NCBI GenBank assembly: GCA_030426805.1
Contig: JAUHXU010000006.1
Coordinates: 199,716-263,715 of the forward strand
Source of the DNA: a bacterium
GTDB taxonomy: Bacteria > Planctomycetota > JAFGQW01
Reading direction: 5' to 3'
Length of the DNA: 64,000 nt
The translations under genes and the position numbers were made by a program. Under the pieces are notes generated by a model. It was not told where the DNA came from and did no database searches. It saw nothing but the letters and a program-made list of their open reading frames with translations. Shown piece by piece: positions 20,268-28,276 of the stretch (the first letter of the stretch is position 1; each line of letters starts with the position of its first letter).

Positions 20268-20966
20268 ATGCGACGAGGTGTGATTCTGGGATGGCTGCTC
20301 GCGACAGTCGCGGCGTCGGCCGTCGCGCAGCGGGACGGCTCGCGCCCGGTGCCCCCGGTCGTTCGGGTCGGCAAGCCGGCGGTCGCTTTCACGTTGCCGC
20401 AAGCCGACGGACAGTCGTTCGCGCTCGCGACGCGATTGCCCGATGCCGGGGCGAAGCGGGCCGGTCGAATCGTCGTGCTCGTCTGGTGGTCGGCGACGAG
20501 TCCGGCGGTCGCGAAAGTCGATCCGGTGCTCGCCGCACTCGCGAAGCGGTTCGCCGGCCGGGCCGAGTTTGTCGCGGTCAATCCGTTCGCATGCGTCGGC
20601 GCCGATCGGTTCGGGGCGGAGTGCGCGGCTTCGGTCCGCGTCTTCAAGCGACTGCGCGGCCTCGACTTTCCGGTCGCGATCGACGAGCGTCGCGAGGTGA
20701 CGCGCACGTACGGCGTGACGCGCGTGCCGTCGGCCGTCGTGATCGATGCGGGCGGCGTCGTCCGATACCGTGGCGCGATTCAAACCGAGGAGCGGCGCGG
20801 CGGCCGTCGGGTCGTGCGCGAGGATCTGGGCGATGCGATCGACGCGGTCGTGCGCGGCGCGCCCGTCGCGCGGCCGGAGGTCGCGCCGCTCGGGACCGTG
20901 ATCCCGTATCCGGGGAACCCCGCCGTCGTGCCGCGTCGCCGGTCAGCCGGCGAGCGCGTCCGCTGA
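20268..20966 (+). CDS. Thioredoxin-like/redoxin (TlpA/AhpC-TSA family) protein
   Basis: Signal peptide. Redoxin-fold pattern (AFTLPQADGQSF...VLVWWSATSPA...VTRVPSAVVIDAGGVVRYRG). The active-site CxxC is degenerate (WSATS), possibly resolving-type. Confidence 0.5.
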   Translation: MRRGVILGWLLATVAASAVAQRDGSRPVPPVVRVGKPAVAFTLPQADGQSFALATRLPDAGAKRAGRIVVLVWWSATSPAVAKVDPVLAALAKRFAGRAEFVAVNPFACVGADRFGAECAASVRVFKRLRGLDFPVAIDERREVTRTYGVTRVPSAVVIDAGGVVRYRGAIQTEERRGGRRVVREDLGDAIDAVVRGAPVARPEVAPLGTVIPYPGNPAVVPRRRSAGERVR

Positions 20967-21329
20967 CGGCGTGCGTTCGACGACGCGGTTGAGCAGCCGG
21001 TAGACCTCGAGGGCTTCGAGCGGCTTGCGAAGCAGGCCGACGACGCCGAGGCGCTTCTTGTCCTTGAGGAACGGCTTGAGCTGGTGCTCGTCGGCAACGA
21101 CGATGTTCATCAGCGAGACGCCTTGCAGTGCGATCGTGCCGAGCAAGCCGACCGCGGCTTCGGCGTTCGGCTCGTCCTCCACGATCAGCCCGTCGTAGCC
21201 GTGCTCGGCGAGCTCGTGGATCGCCTCGTCGAACGGAACGGCGTCGATCTCGAGGTCCGGGAAGTGTTGGGCCGCGACCGCGAGCACGTCGCGGGTCGAC
21301 CGGGTGCCTTCGACGAACAGCAATCTCAT
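20943..21329 (-). CDS. Single-domain response-regulator receiver-like protein (atypical)
   Basis: CheY-like fold pattern (MRLLFVEG...GLIVEDEPN...LLRKPLE). The N-terminal acidic pair is replaced by EG. The 3' end overlaps the convergent redoxin gene by ~24 nt. Confidence 0.45.
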   Translation of the reverse strand: MRLLFVEGTRSTRDVLAVAAQHFPDLEIDAVPFDEAIHELAEHGYDGLIVEDEPNAEAAVGLLGTIALQGVSLMNIVVADEHQLKPFLKDKKRLGVVGLLRKPLEALEVYRLLNRVVERTPSADALAG

Positions 21330-21459
21330 GGCATGGGCCTCCGGGTGATCCTGTGTCTACTTCGGAACCCGCGGGGGGCGTGCGTGAGGGTTTTCGGCCG
21401 CGGGTCTCCTCTTGATCTCGCCGCGCCGCGCCCCTACGCTCCGGGGCGGGGAGGTGCTC

Positions 21460-22419
21460 ATGGCGGTTTTGGCCGGTATCGACGAGGCCGGGCTCGGACC
21501 CAAGTTGGGGCCGCTGACGCTCGGGCTCACCGTGTTCGACGGCCCGCGTGCGACGCTGGCGCGGCTCGCGGAGTCCCTCGCGCCGGTCGTCGGCCCGACG
21601 ACCGAGGCCGCGGTCCCGATCGGGGACAGCAAGCAGCTCTTCGGTGCGCGCCGGGACGTCGCGGTTCTCGAGCGCGGCGTCTTCGCCGCCTGGCTGCAGT
21701 GGAACGAGGCGTGGCCGTCCGACTTTCTCGGCTGGCTCGACGCGCTGGACCTCCACGGCGACGCGGTCGCGCGCACCCGCGCTTACCCGTGGTATCGCGC
21801 GCCGCTGGAATTGCCGAGGGCGGCCGAGGCGGCGGAGGTCCGCGCCGGCGCTCGGATGCTCGGCGGCGCGCTCGCGAAGCGGCGTGTGCGCCTGCGCGAG
21901 ATGCGGGCGGTCGCGCTGTGTGCGCAGGAGATCAACGACGGCATCCGCGAGCACGGCACGAAGAACGTGTTCAACTTCTTCGCGGCGGCACCGTTCATCG
22001 AGCACGTATTCGAGCACTACGGATGCGACGACGAGGTCGAGCTCGTGATCGATCGGCAGGGCGGGCGCAAGGACTACGGGCCGCTGTTGCGACGGCTGCT
22101 TTACCCGGCGTCGGTGACCGCTCGCCCGGTCGACGAGCATTCGTTCGGGTACGACGTGTGGCGCGGGGATCGGCGGATGTTCGTCACGTTCGTCACGCGC
22201 GCGGACGGCCAATACCTGCCGGTCGGTCTGTCGTCGATGCTCGCGAAGTACACACGCGAGTTGCACATGGAGTTGTTCAACGCGTTTTGGCGCGGGCTCG
22301 CACCCGACGTGCGGCCGACGGCCGGATACCCGACCGATGCTGCACGCTTCCTCGAGGACATCCGCGGCGTGCGCGACGACGTGCGCGTGGACGCCGAGCG
22401 TCTGGTCCGGTCGCGATGA
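21460..22419 (+). CDS. RNase HII (RNase H2 fold)-like protein, unusually long
   Basis: GIDEAGLGP at the N-terminus (GIDEAGRGP in RNase HII). DSKQL. C-terminal VGLSSMLAKYTRELHM and AGYPTDAARFL resemble the RNase HII C-terminal motifs. About 320 aa versus ~200 for canonical HII. Confidence 0.5.
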   Translation: MAVLAGIDEAGLGPKLGPLTLGLTVFDGPRATLARLAESLAPVVGPTTEAAVPIGDSKQLFGARRDVAVLERGVFAAWLQWNEAWPSDFLGWLDALDLHGDAVARTRAYPWYRAPLELPRAAEAAEVRAGARMLGGALAKRRVRLREMRAVALCAQEINDGIREHGTKNVFNFFAAAPFIEHVFEHYGCDDEVELVIDRQGGRKDYGPLLRRLLYPASVTARPVDEHSFGYDVWRGDRRMFVTFVTRADGQYLPVGLSSMLAKYTRELHMELFNAFWRGLAPDVRPTAGYPTDAARFLEDIRGVRDDVRVDAERLVRSR

Positions 22420-22802
22420 GCACCGCGGGCGACCGGCCGCGCCTCCGGAAGGTCGACCTCGCCGCGGCGTTCGGTGCGTTCGACGAGCGATGGTCGCCGA
22501 AGATCGTCGCCGCGCTCAACGGCCAGCACGTCAAGCTCGCGAAGGTGGAGGGCGACTTCGTCTGGCACAGCCACGCCGACGAGGACGAGCTGTTCTTCGT
22601 CGTGCACGGGCGGCTCGAGATGCACCTGCGCGACGGCGTGATCGTGCTCGAGCCCGGTGAGCTCCTCGTCGTGCCGCGGGGCGTCGAGCACAAGCCGGTC
22701 GCGCCGGTCGAGACGCACATCCTGCTCTTCGAGCCCGCCGGCACGGTCAACACCGGCGACGCCGACACCGACCGCCGGGTCGACGCGGACTGGCTCGACT
22801 GA
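22416..22802 (+). CDS. Cupin domain protein
   Basis: ATGA overlap with the upstream gene. Cupin motifs FVWHSHADEDELFFVVHGRLEMHL...GELLVVPRGVEH. Confidence 0.75.
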   Translation: MSTAGDRPRLRKVDLAAAFGAFDERWSPKIVAALNGQHVKLAKVEGDFVWHSHADEDELFFVVHGRLEMHLRDGVIVLEPGELLVVPRGVEHKPVAPVETHILLFEPAGTVNTGDADTDRRVDADWLD

Positions 22803-22864
22803 CGTCTCCTCCTCCGCGCCAACACCGCCCCGGAGCGCTCTTCGTCGTCGGCGCTTGACAATAG

Positions 22865-22890
22865 TTGTTGGAACGACTAAATGGGGTGCA
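22865..22890 (+). promoter_or_regulatory. Putative MarR operator/promoter motif, copy 1 (TTGTTGGAACGACTAAATGGGGTGC)
   Basis: A near-identical copy lies at 23359..23384 upstream of the pirin gene. This copy overlaps the MarR start codon. Confidence 0.5.
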
Positions 22891-23318
22891 TGGACGTGAA
22901 GCTGCTGCGGCAGGCCGCGTTCGTCGCGACGCTCCGGACGGCGGATGCGCTCGAGGCGGATGTGGCCGGCCTGCTCAAGCCGGACCGCTTGTCCCCGCCC
23001 CTCTACAACGTGCTGCGCATCGTTGCGGGTGCCGGGGCGGAGGGGCTGCGGTGCGGCGAGATCGGCGAGCGCTTGATCAGTCGCGAACCGGACGTGACGC
23101 GACTCGTCGACCGGCTCGCGCGGCGCCGGTTGGTCGGCCGGCGGCGCGACCGAAGCGACGGTCGCGTCGTCCGCGTCGTGATGACGTCGACCGGCCAGGC
23201 GCTGCTCGACCGGCTCGCGGGGCCGATGCTCGCGTTGCACGACGCGCAGTTCGGCGCGCTGCCGCGGGCCGACCTCGAGCGACTCGTCGCGTTGCTCGAT
23301 CGCGTTCACGGTCGATAG
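22881..23318 (+). CDS. MarR family transcriptional regulator
   Basis: Winged-HTH MarR pattern (PLYNVLRIVAGAGAEGLRCGEIGERLISREPDVTRLVDRLARRRLVGRRRDRSDGRVVRVVMT). An alternative start exists at ATG 22890. Confidence 0.8.
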   Translation: MGCMDVKLLRQAAFVATLRTADALEADVAGLLKPDRLSPPLYNVLRIVAGAGAEGLRCGEIGERLISREPDVTRLVDRLARRRLVGRRRDRSDGRVVRVVMTSTGQALLDRLAGPMLALHDAQFGALPRADLERLVALLDRVHGR

Positions 23319-23358
23319 GGCCCCGGATCGAACCGGTTGTCCGTTCGCGGCCGAATAC

Positions 23359-23384
23359 CTGTTGGAACAACTAAATGGGTGCCT
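23359..23384 (+). promoter_or_regulatory. Putative MarR operator/promoter motif, copy 2 (CTGTTGGAACAACTAAATGGGTGC)
   Basis: 21/22 identity with copy 1. Located 22 nt upstream of the pirin ATG. Confidence 0.5.
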
Positions 23385-23405
23385 CGCACCCGGAAAGGCA
23401 ATCCG

Positions 23406-24107
23406 ATGATCCTCCGTCGACCCGCCGCCGAACGCGGCCACACCGACCTCGGCTGGCTCGACAGCCGCCACACGTTTTCGTTCGGCCACTACCGCGACCC
23501 GAGCCACATGGGCTTTCGCGCGTTGCGCGTGATCAACGACGACCGCATCGCCCCCGGGCGTGGGTTCGGCGAGCACCCGCACGCCGACATGGAGATCCTG
23601 ACCTGGGTCGTCGACGGGGCGCTCGAACACCGCGACAGCCTGGGCAACGGCTCGACGGTCCGGCCGGGGGAGTTGCAGCGGATGACCGCCGGGCGCGGCA
23701 TTGCGCACAGCGAGTTCAACGCGTCGGAGACGGACGAGTTGCGCCTGCTCCAGATCTGGATCGAGCCCGCGCGACATGGCCTCGAGCCGGGCTACGAGCA
23801 GCGTTCGTTCGCGCTCGACGAGTCGCGAGGCGCGTTTCGCGTGCTCGCATCGCCCGACGGTCGTGACGACTCGCTGACCATCCACCAGGACGCGACACTC
23901 GCGGTCGCGCGGCTCGATGCAGGCGACGTCGCCGAGGCGTCAATCGCCCCGGGACGTCACGCGTGGGTGCAGGTCGTTCGCGGCGAAGTCGAGATCGACG
24001 GCGTGTCGTTCGCGACCGGCGACGGCGGTGCCGTCAGCGACGCACCGCGTGTGCGGTGCGTCGGCGTGGCCCCGGACTCCGAGGTGCTGCTGTTCGACCT
24101 GGCTTGA
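23406..24107 (+). CDS. Pirin family protein
   Basis: Pirin/cupin metal-site motifs GFGEHPHADMEILTWVVDGALEHRDSLGN and HSEFN. Confidence 0.85.
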   Translation: MILRRPAAERGHTDLGWLDSRHTFSFGHYRDPSHMGFRALRVINDDRIAPGRGFGEHPHADMEILTWVVDGALEHRDSLGNGSTVRPGELQRMTAGRGIAHSEFNASETDELRLLQIWIEPARHGLEPGYEQRSFALDESRGAFRVLASPDGRDDSLTIHQDATLAVARLDAGDVAEASIAPGRHAWVQVVRGEVEIDGVSFATGDGGAVSDAPRVRCVGVAPDSEVLLFDLA

Positions 24108-24110
24108 GCG

Positions 24111-24575
24111 CTACCGCTTCGAGCGGAAGCAGTCGCGGCAGTAGACCGGGCGGTCGCCGCGCGGCTTGAACGGCACGGTCGTCTGGGCGCCGCACTCGGC
24201 GCAGACGACGTCGAACGATTCGCGCGGGCGATCGAACGAGCGCGGGCCGCCATGTCCGCCGTGGCCCCCGCCGTGCGACGGGGCGCCGTAGGAGCGGCCG
24301 CCGCCGTGCCCGCCACCGTGTCCGCCACCGTGTCCGCCGCCGCCATGCCCGCCGTGGCCACCACCGTGACCGCCATGACCGCCACCGTGACCGTGCCCAC
24401 CGTGCCCGTGGCTACGGCCGCCGCCGCCGCTCTCGGCCTTGCGCTTCGCGCGGCACGGACGGCAGCGCTTCGGGTCGTTGAAACCGCGTTCGGCGTAGCG
24501 GGCCTGGTCGGTGGCGGGGTGGATGAATTCGCTCCCGCAGTCGCTGCACTGAATCGTCTTGTCTTCGTAGTCCAT
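24111..24575 (-). CDS. Zinc-ribbon protein with central His/Gly-rich (HGG)n repeat
   Basis: N-terminal CSDCGSEF...RCRPCR and C-terminal CAECG...YCRDCF zinc-ribbon motifs. Central region has about 20 HGG/HGGG repeats. Encoded by a ccgcc/gtgg repeat DNA tract at 24285-24420. Confidence 0.65.
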   Translation of the reverse strand: MDYEDKTIQCSDCGSEFIHPATDQARYAERGFNDPKRCRPCRAKRKAESGGGGRSHGHGGHGHGGGHGGHGGGHGGHGGGGHGGGHGGGHGGGRSYGAPSHGGGHGGHGGPRSFDRPRESFDVVCAECGAQTTVPFKPRGDRPVYCRDCFRSKR

Positions 24576-24929
24576 GAGTTCCCTGTTTTCGTGCGAGCGC
24601 TACGATCGCGATCGGCCCTGTGACGAGACACCGGGGGCCCTCGGAAGGAGCCGGGAGGTGAATCGCGTGGGCGGGTTAGTGGAGTCGGGCACTCCGGTGC
24701 CCGAGAAAAGTCCGTCGAGGCGTCCCGAAGCGTAGCGCGCCCGTGTCATCGGAGTCAACGGGCGGGTTCCGGGGCGAGACGCCCGAGCGACCCCGGCCCG
24801 ACGGATCCGCGCCCTCCGGAGGCGCCGGCGCCCCCCGGCGGCGCGACCGGAATTCTTGATATCACGGCCCTCCTCGCGACATCGCGCCCTTCGGACTCCG
24901 TGCAAATTCCCTTCAGAGGAGGCGATCCC

Positions 24930-25913
24930 ATGCGCCGGATCTTCACGCTGATCTCACTCGCCGTCTGCGTCGGCGCGGCCGCCGGCCAGGCGACCGTCTG
25001 CTACCCGGACAACCAACCGAACGCCGGTGGGTTCAACAGTTTCCCGTTCGGCACGAACTTCGGCGGGACGAACTGGCGCTACCAACTCCGGATCCCGGCG
25101 TCGGCCCTGCCGAACGGGCCGGTGCGGGTCACCGAGGTGGCGTTCGCCCCCGGCGGCAACGGCACGTTCGCGGCGGGCGACTTCCAGCTGCGCGCCGCCC
25201 ACACCGCGGCCGCGTCCCTGTCGACGTGCTTCTTCCAGAACATCGGGCAGTGCCCGACCGAGTTGATCTCGGTCCAGGGGCGCCCCGGCTTCTCGTGGAA
25301 TGTCACCGCGAATACGTGGGATCCGATCGGAACCCAGTGCGACTTCGGCTACGACGGTCAGCGTTCGATCGTCCTCGAGATCCGCTACCGCAACCGCTCG
25401 AGCGGCTTCATCTCGTCGCGCATCGGCAACGTCGAGCGGACCTGGGCGAACGACTCGACCGCGCCTGCGGCGCTCGATCCGTATTCGGCGGTCTGCGGCC
25501 AGGCGGACAACTCGGGCATGAAGGTGTGCCTGACGTACGAGAAGGACACCGTGCTCCTCGCATCGGACACGGTTTCGCTCGGCGGCGCGTTCAGCATCCA
25601 GATGGTGAACTGCCCGACCGGCCCCTACCGGATCGCCGCTTCGTTCGACCAGGGGCCGCCGATCGTCTTCGCGAAGGGCTGCCGCCTGTGCTTGCAGGTC
25701 GACGGGCTGTTCTGGGCGTCGCTGCTCGTCGGGCCGCCGATGTTCGCCGGGTATTCGGGCACGATCCAGAACGGCACCGCGAACGCGCGGATGTCGATCC
25801 CGACCCAGACGCTCCTCGTCGGCGTGTGTCTGTTCCACGGCGGCGTCGTCCTCGATCGCGCCGGCCAGATCCAGGCGTGCTCCAACACCGCGGGGACCGT
25901 GATCGTGCCGTAG
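24930..25913 (+). CDS. Secreted hypothetical protein with shared C-terminal module (family C)
   Basis: RBS GAGGAGG precedes the ATG at 24930. Signal peptide (IFTLISLAVCVGAAAGQA). The C-terminal ~95 aa align with the C-termini of the family A and B proteins. Confidence 0.65.
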   Translation: MRRIFTLISLAVCVGAAAGQATVCYPDNQPNAGGFNSFPFGTNFGGTNWRYQLRIPASALPNGPVRVTEVAFAPGGNGTFAAGDFQLRAAHTAAASLSTCFFQNIGQCPTELISVQGRPGFSWNVTANTWDPIGTQCDFGYDGQRSIVLEIRYRNRSSGFISSRIGNVERTWANDSTAPAALDPYSAVCGQADNSGMKVCLTYEKDTVLLASDTVSLGGAFSIQMVNCPTGPYRIAASFDQGPPIVFAKGCRLCLQVDGLFWASLLVGPPMFAGYSGTIQNGTANARMSIPTQTLLVGVCLFHGGVVLDRAGQIQACSNTAGTVIVP

Positions 25914-25957
25914 CGGCTCTGGTATCCTGGCCCGCGGACGTTTCCGAGGAGGATGCC

Positions 25958-27157
25958 GTGGGCCCGATCACCGAGCGCGCCGAGTTTCCCGGTCACGACG
26001 GCAGCACACTCGCCGCGCGGCTCGACCGACCGGTCGGCGCCGCGCGTGCGTTCGCGCTGTTCGCGCACTGCTTCACGTGCGGGAAGGACATCGCCGCCGC
26101 GACCCGCATCGCGCGCGCGCTCGCCGAGCATGGCGTCGCGGTGTTGCGCTTCGACTTCACCGGACTCGGACACAGCGAGGGCGAGTTCGCCAACGCGGAC
26201 TTCACGTCGAACGTCGAAGACCTCGTCGCGGCGGCCGGATGGTTGCGCGAGCAGCACGCCGCGCCCGCGCTGCTGATCGGCCACAGCCTGGGTGGGGCGG
26301 CCGTGCTCGCGGCGGCCGGCGACATCCCGGAGGTGCGTGCCGTCGTGACGATCGGCGCACCGTCGGATCCGGGCCACGTCGAACGGCTGTTCGCGTCCGA
26401 CGTCGATGCGATCGAACGCGACGGCCGCGCGGAAGTTCAGATCGCCGGGCGACCGTTCACCGTCACGCGCGGCTTCATCGACGACGTGCGCGCGCAACGC
26501 CTGAGCGACCGAATCGGGTCGATGCGCAAGGCGCTGCTCGTGATGCACGGCACGTTCGACGACATCGTCGGACTCGACAACGCGGCGGCGATTTTCGAGG
26601 CGGCCAAGCACCCGAAGAGCTTCGTCTCGCTCGACTCGGCCGATCATCTGCTCAAGCGCGAGGCGGACGCACGCTACGCGGCCTCGGTGATCGCCGCGTG
26701 GGCCGACCGCTACGTGCCCGAACTGAGCGCGTCCGACCGCGAGCGCCCGGACGCGCAGGTCCGCGTCGATGAGACCGGCGAAGGCCGCTACACCCAGGCG
26801 ATCGCCGCCGGGCGCCATCGACTCGTCGCCGACGAGCCCGCTCGCGTCGGCGGCGACGACCGCGGACCCGCGCCGTACGACTTCCTCCTGGCCGCTCTGG
26901 GCAGCTGCACCGCGATGACCCTGCGGATGTACGCCGAGCGCAAGGAGTTGCCGCTCGACCGGGTCGTCGTCGACCTGGACCACGACAAGGTCGACGGCCC
27001 CGAGGGCAAGAAGGTCGACCGGATTCGGCGCGTCGTGACGATCCGGGGCGATGCGCTCACGGCAGCCCAGCGAAAGCGACTCCTCGAGATCGCCGATCGC
27101 TGCCCGGTGCACCGCACGCTCGAGTCACGGGTGCGGATCGAGACGACCGGCCTGTGA
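25958..27157 (+). CDS. Bifunctional alpha/beta hydrolase / OsmC-Ohr family protein
   Basis: GAGGAGG RBS, then GTG at 25958. Hydrolase nucleophile elbow GHSLGG. C-terminal OsmC pattern (DDRGPAPYDFLLAALGSCTAMTL...CPVHRTLE). Confidence 0.85.
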   Translation: MGPITERAEFPGHDGSTLAARLDRPVGAARAFALFAHCFTCGKDIAAATRIARALAEHGVAVLRFDFTGLGHSEGEFANADFTSNVEDLVAAAGWLREQHAAPALLIGHSLGGAAVLAAAGDIPEVRAVVTIGAPSDPGHVERLFASDVDAIERDGRAEVQIAGRPFTVTRGFIDDVRAQRLSDRIGSMRKALLVMHGTFDDIVGLDNAAAIFEAAKHPKSFVSLDSADHLLKREADARYAASVIAAWADRYVPELSASDRERPDAQVRVDETGEGRYTQAIAAGRHRLVADEPARVGGDDRGPAPYDFLLAALGSCTAMTLRMYAERKELPLDRVVVDLDHDKVDGPEGKKVDRIRRVVTIRGDALTAAQRKRLLEIADRCPVHRTLESRVRIETTGL

Positions 27158-27261
27158 TCCCGTCGGCTTCGGGTTGCGCGTTTCGCTCGCTTGCCGGACA
27201 CTGACGGCGTCCGGGGACTTATTGAGGGGTCCTGGGGAACGCCAACAGAGGAGTCGAAACG

Positions 27262-28050
27262 ATGCATCTCCGAACCACATTGGCCCTCGTGGCCGGCCTC
27301 GGCCTCGCCGGACTCGCCTCGGCGCAGACGAACGTCGGAATCCTGTCCGGCGAGGCGCCGTCGCCGGTGCCGATGGGGAGCGCAGTGCCGCTACGGATCG
27401 AAGCGACCGCGCCGATGAGCCTCGCGTCCGCGTGCCCCGACGAGGTGCGCTTCGGCAGCCCGACGGGACCGATCGTCTGGAAGCCGACGTTCTGCATCCT
27501 CCCGTTCATCACGGTCGGGCCGGGTCGGCCGTACACCCAGATGGCGTGGGACGGCACGGACAACCAGAACCGTCCGGGGCCCGCAGCGCCGGGGACCTAC
27601 TTCATCCGGTTCCGCGGTACCGACGCGAACACGAGCAACCCGTTCTCGGTCCGGTGGGTGCCGGTGCGCATCGATCCGGTCACCGGTCCGACGCTGCCCG
27701 TGCTGAAGGTCGGCGCGTTGACCCGCGGGACGACGGCGCCGCTCGGCGTCAGCGATCCGCTCAACGCGAACGCGCCGTATTGGATCGCCGCGTCGCTCGG
27801 CACGAACACCGGGCAGAACCTCGGGCCGGTCGGCCATCTGGCGCTCGACTTCGACCCGCTGTTCTTCGTGACGCTGAACAACATCAGCGGGCTGACGGCC
27901 GGGTTCCAGGGCACGCTGTCGGGCGGTAGCGCGTCGGCGTCGATCCTGATCCCGAACATCGCGGTGCTCCAGGGCGCCCAGATCGCGTTCCAGGGCGCGG
28001 TTACGACCAGCCTCGTGTTGACGAACCCGGTGCAGAAGATCATCGGCTGA
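27262..28050 (+). CDS. Secreted hypothetical protein, paralog family A copy 2
   Basis: Signal peptide (LALVAGLGLAGLASAQ). Strongly similar along its length to 28277..29062 and similar to 4161..4937. Confidence 0.75.
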   Translation: MHLRTTLALVAGLGLAGLASAQTNVGILSGEAPSPVPMGSAVPLRIEATAPMSLASACPDEVRFGSPTGPIVWKPTFCILPFITVGPGRPYTQMAWDGTDNQNRPGPAAPGTYFIRFRGTDANTSNPFSVRWVPVRIDPVTGPTLPVLKVGALTRGTTAPLGVSDPLNANAPYWIAASLGTNTGQNLGPVGHLALDFDPLFFVTLNNISGLTAGFQGTLSGGSASASILIPNIAVLQGAQIAFQGAVTTSLVLTNPVQKIIG

Positions 28051-28276
28051 GCCGACCCGCGATCGGCGGGCGGCATGGCGGACGACCCCGTCTCGATTCG
28101 AGCCGTAGGGAATGCGCCCAAGTCGGTTGCACGCCCGCCGAATCAGCACGAAACTCTACCGTGTCGGCGCGAGACGCCGTCGTGGGTCGGTGTCAATCCG
28201 AGCCGGAGGGGATTCACGGGATCTTCACGTTCCCGGGAGCCGGGCTCGCCCAGCAAATCAGGAAAAGGAAGAAGCG

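Noticed and set aside
18432-20783. 783-aa minus-strand ORF
   Set aside because: It is antisense to the CarboxypepD_reg paralog and overlaps the alpha/beta hydrolase and redoxin genes. It has no domain signatures.
23375-23866. Alternative pirin start at the ATG embedded in the repeated motif (AAATGGGTGC)
   Set aside because: That frame gives an Arg-rich product with no homology. The pirin homology is in the frame starting at ATG 23406.
22101-23885. 594-aa minus-strand ORF and the 21084..22802 plus-strand 572-aa ORF
   Set aside because: They overlap well-supported genes in other frames or strands (RNase HII-like, cupin, MarR, pirin). The products are low-complexity Arg/Ala/Asp-rich sequence with no domains.
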